Origin: Tepidisphaeraceae bacterium
GTDB taxonomy: Bacteria; Planctomycetota; Phycisphaerae; Tepidisphaerales; Tepidisphaeraceae
Length of the DNA: 59,982 nt
Direction of reading: 5' to 3'
Assembly: GCA_036558265.1 (NCBI GenBank)
Contig: DATBFY010000088.1
Location: 1-59,982, forward strand
Shown: piece after piece, positions 33,513 to 40,850 of the stretch
Position numbering within the stretch: the stretch's first letter is position 1
How the letters are laid out: every line of letters begins with the position of its first letter
Notes under the pieces: model-generated
What the model was told of the DNA's origin: nothing
Databases searched by the model: none
Seen by the model: only the letters and a program-made list of their open reading frames with translations
Position numbers and translations under genes: made by a program

Positions 33513-34913
33513 ATGCGAACCATTCGAACCAGAGCTCGTCGGGGCATGACCTCCATGCTGGCCATGCTCTACCTCATGCTGTTCGCCACGCTCGCGCTGG
33601 GCTTCTACGGCGCGACCAACGTCGCCGTTCAGGTCTCGACCAACGAGACCCACGGCCGCAGGGCGATGCTCGCCGCCGAATCCGGCATGGAGTTCATGCG
33701 CTATACGCTTGGAAACGTGGACATCCCGCACTTCACGCCCGCCGACCAGCTCTGGAGCACGCTCTGCACGCAGGTCAAGCAGCAGCTCGACGGTACCCGA
33801 AATGTGAACGGCGCCACCTTGCCCGACCCCAGTGGCGAGTCGATGACGATTCCCACCGTCCACCTGCCGTCCGGTGGGACGTTCACCGCCACCCTCCTGC
33901 ACAACGGCGAGAAGGTGACCGCCAAGATTGTCGCCACCGCGCCCGACGGCAGCGTGGGGCGGACCATCCAGATGGACTTCAGCCGCGCAACCCGGGCGAG
34001 CAACATCTTTGACTTCGGTGTGGCAAGCAAGAGCAAGATCAGCATGTCCGGTAACGCCAAGATCACCGGCGCCGCCGGCGACCTGGGCCGCGGCAGCGTG
34101 CTCTCCGACACCACCGCCGCCGTCCCCCTGTCAATGACCGGAAAGCCGTCCATCTCCGGTGACTTCTCGTACACCAACCCCAGCGGCGCGCCCACGTTTG
34201 GTAACGGGACGGTCGCCGGCTTTTCACCGACCGCCCCGGAATTCGCCGACCACGTCCACGGGGGCGTGACCGCCCCCGAGTTCCCCGTCATCGACAGCTC
34301 GTCGTTCGCCACCTACGTCCCCAGCGCCACCGCCCCCGCGGGACCCCAGGTCATCACCACGAGCAATCCGCCCGGCTCCAGCTTCACCAACATCCGCATC
34401 AAGGCCGGCGCCAATCCCAAGTTCTCCGGCGGCTCGATCTTGCGCGGCGTGGTCTACATCGAGACTCCCAACCAGATCACGTTCAGCGGCGGCGTCACCA
34501 TTCAGGGCGTCATCGTGGTCCAGAACAACCCGACCGGCGACCCGACCACCAACACGATCAAGTTCTCCGGAAACGTCACCCACCAGGGCGTCGAAACCCT
34601 GCCCGACGCCGCCCCGTTTGCCGGGCTGCCCAAGCTCACCGGATCGTTCCTCCTCGCCCCCACCTTCGGCATGACCATGACCGGTAACAGCAATCAGGTG
34701 GGTGGCACGATCGTCACCAGCTCGCTCGACATCTCCGGTACCGCCGGCGCGAACGTCAAGGGCACCGTCATCAACCTCAGCGACACCAGCGTCAACCTGA
34801 CGGGAACCAGCGATATCGTCGTTTCCTCCACGGGCACGACCAACTACCCCGCCGGTGTGACGTTCGGCACCCACTTCGCCCCGCTTCCCGATACCTACCA
34901 GGAGCTGCAATGA
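33513..34913 (+). CDS. large GspK/PilX-like minor pseudopilin, triad 1 member B (466 aa)
   Basis: 'MRTIRTRARRGMTSMLAMLYLMLFATLALGFY' is a pilin-like hydrophobic N-terminus without Glu+5. 'AESGMEFMRYTL'. The C-terminal half is repetitive and Gly/Thr/Val/Asn-rich (beta-helix-like). The GTG at 33435 has AAGGAG 5 nt upstream and is an alternative start. Confidence 0.8.
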   Translation: MRTIRTRARRGMTSMLAMLYLMLFATLALGFYGATNVAVQVSTNETHGRRAMLAAESGMEFMRYTLGNVDIPHFTPADQLWSTLCTQVKQQLDGTRNVNGATLPDPSGESMTIPTVHLPSGGTFTATLLHNGEKVTAKIVATAPDGSVGRTIQMDFSRATRASNIFDFGVASKSKISMSGNAKITGAAGDLGRGSVLSDTTAAVPLSMTGKPSISGDFSYTNPSGAPTFGNGTVAGFSPTAPEFADHVHGGVTAPEFPVIDSSSFATYVPSATAPAGPQVITTSNPPGSSFTNIRIKAGANPKFSGGSILRGVVYIETPNQITFSGGVTIQGVIVVQNNPTGDPTTNTIKFSGNVTHQGVETLPDAAPFAGLPKLTGSFLLAPTFGMTMTGNSNQVGGTIVTSSLDISGTAGANVKGTVINLSDTSVNLTGTSDIVVSSTGTTNYPAGVTFGTHFAPLPDTYQELQ

Positions 34914-35500
34914 ACCTCCAGAAGCGCAAACATCGCGCGACGGACACGCGGCGCGGCCTGAGCCTCGCCGAGGTGATGATCTCGCTGGCGATCACCTCGA
35001 TGCTGCTGACGGCGATCGCGGCGGCGTTCAGTTCCTCGACGACGGTCATCGAGAACAACGACCGGTTCTTCCGCGCCACGCAGTCAGCGCGGGTGACGCT
35101 CAACCAGGTCCTTACGGAGGTGCGACGCGCTGACGCGATCGGCGACCTGGACATCTTTCCTGGCAACGACCCGACCAGCACCAAGGTCAGTTCCACGCTC
35201 ATCCCGATCATCCGCCCCGACGAAACTCGCCCGGCCAATGAAAAGATGCGGTTTTACGAATACGATGCCGTCAATAAGCGCGTGAACCTCTACTTTCTGC
35301 GCACCGACAACACATTGAGTCCGCGCTATCCGATCGCAACCGAAGTCCAATCGGCTCCGTTCTCCTGGGACACGGGTAAGGATGCCAATAACGCCGACTG
35401 CATCGCACGCATCTCGGTGGCGCTGGACGTCAAGGTCGGCAACAACGATATCCACCTGAGCGGCTCCACCGCGCCGCGGCGCAGTTTGGCGTACAAATAA
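34910..35500 (+). CDS. prepilin-type pseudopilin, triad 1 member C (GspJ/PulJ-like)
   Basis: ATGA overlap with the upstream stop. 'TRRGLSLAEVMISLAITSMLL' (Glu+5), 'FFRATQSARVTLNQVLTEVRRA'. Confidence 0.85.
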   Translation: MNLQKRKHRATDTRRGLSLAEVMISLAITSMLLTAIAAAFSSSTTVIENNDRFFRATQSARVTLNQVLTEVRRADAIGDLDIFPGNDPTSTKVSSTLIPIIRPDETRPANEKMRFYEYDAVNKRVNLYFLRTDNTLSPRYPIATEVQSAPFSWDTGKDANNADCIARISVALDVKVGNNDIHLSGSTAPRRSLAYK

Positions 35501-35532
35501 TCCGACCCACGATCGCTCAAGCCAAGTCAAAT

Positions 35533-35572
35533 TTGCCCCCCTCCACCGGGGGGCAATTCTTTTTCATTTTTT
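35533..35572 (+). terminator. intrinsic terminator after pseudopilin triad 1
   Basis: TTGCCCCCC (35533-35541), loop TCCAC + C, GGGGGGCAA (35548-35556), followed by TTCTTTTTCATTTTTT. Confidence 0.8.
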
Positions 35573-35607
35573 GCTGTAAATATGGGTAAATCAGGTCCTT
35601 TCGGGAT

Positions 35608-35636
35608 TTGACATAGGACAGGGTAAATCGGATATC
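35608..35636 (+). promoter_or_regulatory. sigma70-like promoter of triad 2 (TTGACA-N17-GATATC), ATG 7 nt downstream
   Basis: TTGACA 35608-35613, 17-nt spacer, GATATC 35631-35636, ATG at 35644, no SD. Lies in an AT-rich spacer just after a terminator. Confidence 0.45.
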
Positions 35637-35643
35637 TTGCAAG

Positions 35644-36222
35644 ATGGGGCGATGCTTCTCACATCTTGCTCCGCTGCGCCTTTATCCCCGACGCGGGGGC
35701 TTCACCCTCATCGAGGCGATGATGGCAACCGCGATCGTGGGAATCGGCATCCTGTCCGTGATGCAACTCTATACCGCATGCACGCAGCAGAACCGCGCCG
35801 CCATCGGGATCACCACGGCCACGTTCCTCGCGGAAGACATCCAGGAAACGATGGCGGGTCTGGCATTCAGCGACCCGGCATACGGGAAGACGTACTTCGG
35901 CCCGGAACCGGGCCAGACACTGGCCAGCTACGATGACATTGACGACTTCGACTCGACCGGCAGCCCGAGCAACTTTTTCAACCCTCCGATCGATTCGACC
36001 CGCCAACCGATCGCTTCCCTGTCGGATTATGCGCAGGTCGTCTCGGTGTGGCCGGTCTACCCGAACCAGTTGACCGCCAATTCCAATCTGTCGTCACCGG
36101 ACATGCCCCAAACCACCTACACGGGCGCTGCGCGGGTCACCGTGCGGATCCTGCATCGCCGCGCAGCCGGATTGGCGTGGAGCGAGGTGTATCGCACGAG
36201 CTGGATTCGAGTGGCCGAATAG
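35644..36222 (+). CDS. prepilin-type pseudopilin, triad 2 member A (GspH/I-like)
   Basis: 'YPRRGGFTLIEAMMATAIVGIGIL' (Glu+5). Paralog of 32879..33424. Confidence 0.88.
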   Translation: MGRCFSHLAPLRLYPRRGGFTLIEAMMATAIVGIGILSVMQLYTACTQQNRAAIGITTATFLAEDIQETMAGLAFSDPAYGKTYFGPEPGQTLASYDDIDDFDSTGSPSNFFNPPIDSTRQPIASLSDYAQVVSVWPVYPNQLTANSNLSSPDMPQTTYTGAARVTVRILHRRAAGLAWSEVYRTSWIRVAE

Positions 36223-36314
36223 CCCAGGCGGCCCGCGCTCGAAAGTGGAAGCACGCGCGTACGCGTGCGCCCAAGCGTCAACGAGGCATTGACCGACTCG
36301 AAAGGCGGTGAGAC

Positions 36315-38561
36315 ATGCCGACGCGACGAACAACCCGACCCTTCGACCGATCCCGGCGCCACGGCGCGACGGCGGTTATCGCGATGCTCTTCCTGGTCCT
36401 GATCTCTACTCTGGCTGTCGCGATGTATCCGATGGCTACCCTCAACGTGCAGGCCGCCGACAACATGGCGGAAAACGATAAGGCCCGCGCGGCGGCCGAG
36501 TCGGGCTTGCGCTGGATGGCCTGGCGGTTCGTCAAGATGACCCGCCCCAAGACCACGGTGGGCAACATTACCGCGGCGACGGCCGCGAGCCTGTGGCCGT
36601 CGATCCGCTCGTCGATCGCAAACGACTTTTCCACTATGCTCAACTCCGGCGAGCGCACGCTGACCTGGGACGGCACCACGTACCGCTCCGCCAGTATCGC
36701 CACCGATTCCGGTCAGGGCACGTTTGCCCTTCAGATCCGCCAGCACCCGATCGGCGCCGGCGACGCGATGGATTCGACCTACATCCGCGTCAGCAGCGTG
36801 GGGACTTACGGCGCGGCGTCCAAGAGCGTTTCGGTCGATTTCAAGATCGACAAGAAGGTCAAGTTCGCCATCGTGGGCAAGGTGCCCATCCAGATCGGCC
36901 GCAACACGCTGGTCGAAGGTCCCATCGCGATGACCTCGCCCAACAAGTTCCCGCCGATCATGCAGCTTTCGGACTTCCGCCACCTTACCCCCGGGCTGCA
37001 GACCAAGATCGACGCGTTCAACCAGTTCCTGGAGAACAACCACAAGGGTTACGACAACCGGATCAGCGTCAACAACCCCGACGAGTACGGGAAGGCGGCC
37101 GCGGCGGGTTATACGGATTACAATGGCGACAGTTTCGTGGACGAGTACGACCTGTTCCTGAAAGAATTTGACAAGAACGGGGACAAGGCGATCGACACCG
37201 GGGAGTTTACCAATCCCTCGACGGGCAAGCTCTACGACACCGACCTCTTCAAGGCCATGGACAGCCTGGGGGCCCCGATGTTCGCGGGCGACACAACCCG
37301 CGCCGGCTACCAGGACGGCATCATCGACAACCGCGACGCGTACACCAAGGTGCGCGGGCAGATCGACATCGCCGCCACCGCCAACGCCTGGAGCAGCAAC
37401 CTCGCGCCCAGCCACGAGACCATCCAGGACATGATCCAGGGACCGGTCCAGAACAGCGACGGCTCGGCGGACCCGTCGGTCAAGTTTGGCGTGGACTCCA
37501 GCGAGGTGTTCGACCTGTCCCCGGGCAACTTCGACACGTCCGGCTTCCGCAACAAGACGGGCCCGGAGAACGGCGCAACGTCCACGACGACCAGTGGCGG
37601 GCAGGTAACGATCTCGAACAAGGTCCTGGCGGCCTCCGACGCCGCGCTGGGACCCCAAAGCGTCCAGGTAACGACCCCGGGCAACACGTCGTTCAAGGCC
37701 GGCGACGTCGTGCTCAAGTCCGACTTCGACGCGGCCAACGCGTCGCTGCCGGCGAGCAAGAAGGCGACCGCCGCCCTTCCCGTCAACACGGCGAACGAGA
37801 AGACCCCTTACGGTTCGGCATCGTGGCAGGCGACCTACCAGCGGCCGGTCTTCAAGAACATGCACTTCAAGAACGTCCGCATCCCCAAGGGCATGAACGC
37901 GCTGTTTGACAACTGCACGTTTGATGGGGTGACTTATGTCGAACTGACCACGAATATCACGAATTCGGCCGGGCAAACCACCACTAATCCCAATGATGGC
38001 ATGACCTGGTCGAAAAAGATGAAAAGCGGGAGCTTTGACGCCAACACGGCGTTGACCAGCGCCACGTCCTACGGGTACGTGCAGGGCAACAACCTGCGAT
38101 TTAACAACTGTTCGATGAACGGCCCGGTGGCGTCGGACGTGCCGACCGCCTACACGCACTTCACGGACACGATGGAGTTCACGGGCTCGACGATGTTCAA
38201 CAACCAGGTGGACCAGACGGCGACGATCGTGACGCCGCAGACGAACATCGAGATGGGTTCGTTCACGGATCCGGCGCACGCGCCGAGCACGCTGACGGGC
38301 GTGGTGGTCGCGGGCAACCTGGATATCCGGGGCAGCAGCGTGGTGGACGGGTCGATCATCATTACGGGTGACGGCGCCGGCAACACGACGCAGGGCTGGT
38401 TCGGCCCGCGCGACGACCAGACCGATCCGACGACGCCGATGCCGGAGGGCGGCTACGGCCGGCTCAACATCCGGTACAACCCGTATCGGGCGCTGCCGGA
38501 CGGCATCAACATCGCGATCGACATCCTGCCTGACGCCAACACCTATGCGGAGGGGTTATGA
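36315..38561 (+). CDS. giant GspK/PilX-like minor pseudopilin, triad 2 member B (748 aa) with Ca-loop insertion
   Basis: 'RSRRHGATAVIAMLFLVLISTLAVAMY' (no Glu+5), 'AESGLRWMAWRF'. Collinear with 33513..34913 at both ends and carries a large central insertion with two DxNxDxxxDxxD/E loops. The C-terminus is beta-helix-like ('NLRFNNCSMNG', 'VVAGNLDIRGSSVVDGSIIITG'). Confidence 0.85.
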   Translation: MPTRRTTRPFDRSRRHGATAVIAMLFLVLISTLAVAMYPMATLNVQAADNMAENDKARAAAESGLRWMAWRFVKMTRPKTTVGNITAATAASLWPSIRSSIANDFSTMLNSGERTLTWDGTTYRSASIATDSGQGTFALQIRQHPIGAGDAMDSTYIRVSSVGTYGAASKSVSVDFKIDKKVKFAIVGKVPIQIGRNTLVEGPIAMTSPNKFPPIMQLSDFRHLTPGLQTKIDAFNQFLENNHKGYDNRISVNNPDEYGKAAAAGYTDYNGDSFVDEYDLFLKEFDKNGDKAIDTGEFTNPSTGKLYDTDLFKAMDSLGAPMFAGDTTRAGYQDGIIDNRDAYTKVRGQIDIAATANAWSSNLAPSHETIQDMIQGPVQNSDGSADPSVKFGVDSSEVFDLSPGNFDTSGFRNKTGPENGATSTTTSGGQVTISNKVLAASDAALGPQSVQVTTPGNTSFKAGDVVLKSDFDAANASLPASKKATAALPVNTANEKTPYGSASWQATYQRPVFKNMHFKNVRIPKGMNALFDNCTFDGVTYVELTTNITNSAGQTTTNPNDGMTWSKKMKSGSFDANTALTSATSYGYVQGNNLRFNNCSMNGPVASDVPTAYTHFTDTMEFTGSTMFNNQVDQTATIVTPQTNIEMGSFTDPAHAPSTLTGVVVAGNLDIRGSSVVDGSIIITGDGAGNTTQGWFGPRDDQTDPTTPMPEGGYGRLNIRYNPYRALPDGINIAIDILPDANTYAEGL
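37116..37205 (+). other. two tandem EF-hand/dockerin-like Ca2+-binding loops
   Basis: In-frame 'DYNGDSFVDEYD' (37116-37151) and 'DKNGDKAIDTGE' (37170-37205), separated by 'LFLKEF'. Both fit D-x-[DN]-x-D-x-x-[IV]-D-x-x-[DE]. Confidence 0.6.
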
Positions 38562-39145
38562 GATTGAAGTCAGCGGGTGAACGCCGTCGCCGGCGGCACG
38601 GCCTGGGCCTGGTGGAACTGCTGGTGGCGTTGAGCATCAGCGCCGCGGTGCTGACGGCGACGGCGGTGGCGACGGATGCGGCGTTCCGGGCGTACCACAT
38701 CAATCGCGAGCAGAGCGACCTCATGCAGCGGGCGCGCCTGTCGGTCTATCGCATAACGACCATGCTGCGTCAGACCAAGCTCCACGCGCCGCACACGCCG
38801 ACGCTCGCAGCGCAGTTTGCCACGGGCAAGACGGTGACCGACACGGCGATCGACATGTACGACATGAGCAACAACCAGGTCAGCTACCGGTTCGACGTGA
38901 CCAAGAAGCAGCTCCTGGCGGTGGTGAACGGGACCTCGCACGTCATGTGCTCGGGGGTGGAGACGTTCAGCGTCAACCTGGAGCCGATGCGGAGCGCGGA
39001 CTCGATCAAGACGGGGGGCGCGTGGGATCTGCTGCGCCGCGCCACGATTTTGCTGACCGTGCGGACGACCGCTTCGGACGCCGACGTGGGCGCGCAGAGC
39101 GTGACCCTGAGCGCCTCGGTGATGCCGCGCCGCAACACGTGGTGA
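38558..39145 (+). CDS. prepilin-type pseudopilin, triad 2 member C (GspJ/PulJ-like)
   Basis: ATGA overlap with the upstream stop. 'RRRHGLGLVELLVALSISAAVL' (Glu+5), 'LMQRARLSVYRITTMLRQ'. Paralog of 34910..35500. Confidence 0.85.
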   Translation: MRLKSAGERRRRRHGLGLVELLVALSISAAVLTATAVATDAAFRAYHINREQSDLMQRARLSVYRITTMLRQTKLHAPHTPTLAAQFATGKTVTDTAIDMYDMSNNQVSYRFDVTKKQLLAVVNGTSHVMCSGVETFSVNLEPMRSADSIKTGGAWDLLRRATILLTVRTTASDADVGAQSVTLSASVMPRRNTW

Positions 39146-39236
39146 GCGTACGCACGCGTGGGCGCGCCGCGGTCGTCGGGGCGCTGCGCGGGGTCGGTCC
39201 CTCTCCCCCACCGATTACCTGTGCGGTCAGCCCCAG

Positions 39237-39272
39237 GTGGGGCGGACTCGCGTCCGCCCCACCCTTTTGTTC
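39237..39272 (+). terminator. intrinsic terminator after pseudopilin triad 2
   Basis: GGTGGGGCGGAC (39237-39248), loop TCGC, GTCCGCCCCACC (39253-39264), followed by CTTTTGTT. Confidence 0.8.
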
Positions 39273-39282
39273 CGCCGGTGCG

Positions 39283-39311
39283 CCGACTTACCCGCGAAGC
39301 CGGGCTACAAT
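39283..39311 (+). promoter_or_regulatory. possible promoter of the VWA gene (ccGACt-N17-TACAAT), ATG 8 nt downstream
   Basis: TACAAT 39306-39311, weak -35 CCGACT 39283-39288, ATG at 39320 without SD. Confidence 0.3.
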
Positions 39312-39319
39312 CCCGGCGT

Positions 39320-40510
39320 ATGAAGTACTTCTACGGTGAGTTCGACGGCTCGGAATTCCCCACGCAGGACAAGCTCTTCGGCTTCGACCAGATGATGCAG
39401 TTCATCATGCAACACGGGGAGCAGGCGCTCAAAGCGCTCGAGCAGATGATGAAGGATCCGAAGAAGCCCGAGCACTCCGATCTGCTGGAAAAGCTGATCG
39501 AGGAGGGCCTCCTGGACAAGGATGGCAAGGGCAAGCTCCGGCTCACACCGCGCGCGGTCGGGCGGATGCAGCGGCGTGCGCTGATGGAGGTGTTCTCGAA
39601 CCTCCGCCAGGGCCAGCGCGAGGGACATGAGAAGGTCACGCCGGGGCAGGGCGGCGAGCGGATCGACGGCACCAAGCCTTATCAGTACGGCGATCCGGTC
39701 AGCGAGCTGGACATCCACCAGACGCTGCGCAACGCGCTGGTCCGCCAGGGCCTGCCCGCCAAGACCTCCACCGCGGAGCACGGGCAATTAACCACGGACC
39801 AGGTGAAGATTCATTTCGCGGAGCGGGATTTTGAATTGCACCTGCACGAGGGGATGACCAGTTGCTCGACGGTGGTGCTGCTGGACATGAGCGGCTCGAT
39901 GATGCGTTACGGCCGATTCGTGGCCGCGAAGCGCGTGGCGATGGCGATGCAGGCACTGGTGCGCTCGCGTTTCCCGCAGGATTCGATCGACTTCGTCGGC
40001 TTCTATTCCGGGGCGAGCAAGATCCCCGAGGCAATGCTGCCACTGACGATGCCCAAGCCGGTGACGATCTACGATTACCAGGTACGACTCAAGGTGCCGG
40101 CGAACCTGATCGACCGCGCCCCGCAGCACTTCACCAACCTGCACCTGGGACTTCAGCTCGCGAGACGAATCCTGCAGCGCCGGGCCAGCGAGAACAAACA
40201 GCTCTTCATCGTCACCGACGGCCAGCCGACCGCCCACGTGGAGGGCGACCATATTTACCTGCTGTACCCCCCCGACCAGCGGAGCACGGTCGCCACGCTG
40301 AAGGAGGCGGTGCTTGCCGTGCGCGAGGGTTGCCGCATCAGCACGTTTGCACTGATCGAGGATTACTGGGGCATGGACTGGGTGGGCTTTGTGGATCAGC
40401 TCACGAAGCTGACCAAGGGTGTCGCCTTCTACACCAGCAGCGACCAACTGGCATCATGCATCATGGAGAGCTACCTGAGCGGGAAGAAGAAGAAGGCGTA
40501 CATCGCGTGA
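39320..40510 (+). CDS. VWA-domain protein (CoxE-like, cytoplasmic)
   Basis: ATG at 39320 (MKYFYGEFDGSEFPTQDKLFGFDQMMQF) with no signal peptide. MIDAS 'VVLLDMSGSMMRYGRF', 'LFIVTDGQPTAH'. Confidence 0.85.
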   Translation: MKYFYGEFDGSEFPTQDKLFGFDQMMQFIMQHGEQALKALEQMMKDPKKPEHSDLLEKLIEEGLLDKDGKGKLRLTPRAVGRMQRRALMEVFSNLRQGQREGHEKVTPGQGGERIDGTKPYQYGDPVSELDIHQTLRNALVRQGLPAKTSTAEHGQLTTDQVKIHFAERDFELHLHEGMTSCSTVVLLDMSGSMMRYGRFVAAKRVAMAMQALVRSRFPQDSIDFVGFYSGASKIPEAMLPLTMPKPVTIYDYQVRLKVPANLIDRAPQHFTNLHLGLQLARRILQRRASENKQLFIVTDGQPTAHVEGDHIYLLYPPDQRSTVATLKEAVLAVREGCRISTFALIEDYWGMDWVGFVDQLTKLTKGVAFYTSSDQLASCIMESYLSGKKKKAYIA

Positions 40511-40519
40511 CGGCAATGA

Positions 40520-40610
40520 GTAAAACGTAAAGCGTAAAGACATAAGACGCGACGTTCGCATTGGCCGAGCGCCGTGGTGCCGGGTTTATGTTTCACGCGT
40601 TACGTTTTAC
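40520..40610. repeat. long imperfect inverted repeat with AT-rich arms
   Basis: GTAAAACGTAAAGCGTAAAGACATAA (40520-40545) versus TTATGTTTCACGCGTTACGTTTTAC (40586-40610). Starts 10 nt after the VWA stop. Confidence 0.7.
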
Positions 40611-40661
40611 GGGCTTCACCGCTGGCCTCCCATTCAAAATCGGTGAAGGCCCTCACCCCGG

Positions 40662-40687
40662 CCCTCTCCCGGAGTACCGGGAGAGGG
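40662..40687. repeat. GC-rich REP-like hairpin
   Basis: CCCTCTCCCGG-AGTA-CCGGGAGAGGG, a perfect 11-bp stem. It is translated in a spurious ORF as 'GPLPEYRERG'. Confidence 0.7.
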
Positions 40688-40717
40688 GGAAAGGCTCGTG
40701 CACTTCGGCGGTCGCTT

Positions 40718-40745
40718 TTGACATAAAATCTCTCCCCGCTACACT
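40718..40745 (+). promoter_or_regulatory. sigma70-like promoter upstream of bamA-skp-lpxD (TTGACA-N16-TACACT)
   Basis: TTGACA 40718-40723, 16-nt AT-rich spacer, TACACT 40740-40745, about 100 nt before the proposed bamA GTG. Confidence 0.4.
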
Positions 40746-40850
40746 TTGCCCACTAACTTCGGGCCGTCCGCCCAAGGGATTGCGGAGCACCTGCGCCGCG
40801 TTTCCCGCGGCGGTCGTGTCCGGCAGACACTGGCACTCTCGGGCCGACGC

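Noticed and set aside
36117-38279. 720-aa ORF antisense to the 748-aa K-like pseudopilin
   Set aside because: The composition is the same Arg/Val/Gly/Asp-rich shadow type. The plus-strand frame has a pilin-type N-terminus, paralogy to 33513..34913 and an ATGA overlap with the next gene.
21145-39272. Genomic island / mobile element carrying the pilus and paralog clusters
   Set aside because: There is no integrase, transposase, tRNA target or flanking direct repeats. Composition looks like the rest of the window. The duplications are local tandem paralogs.
39320-40510. VWA protein as a PilY1-like pilus-tip adhesin belonging to the pilus locus
   Set aside because: It has no signal peptide or TM and a CoxE-like cytoplasmic architecture. 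A strong terminator separates it from triad 2, and it has its own promoter-like box.
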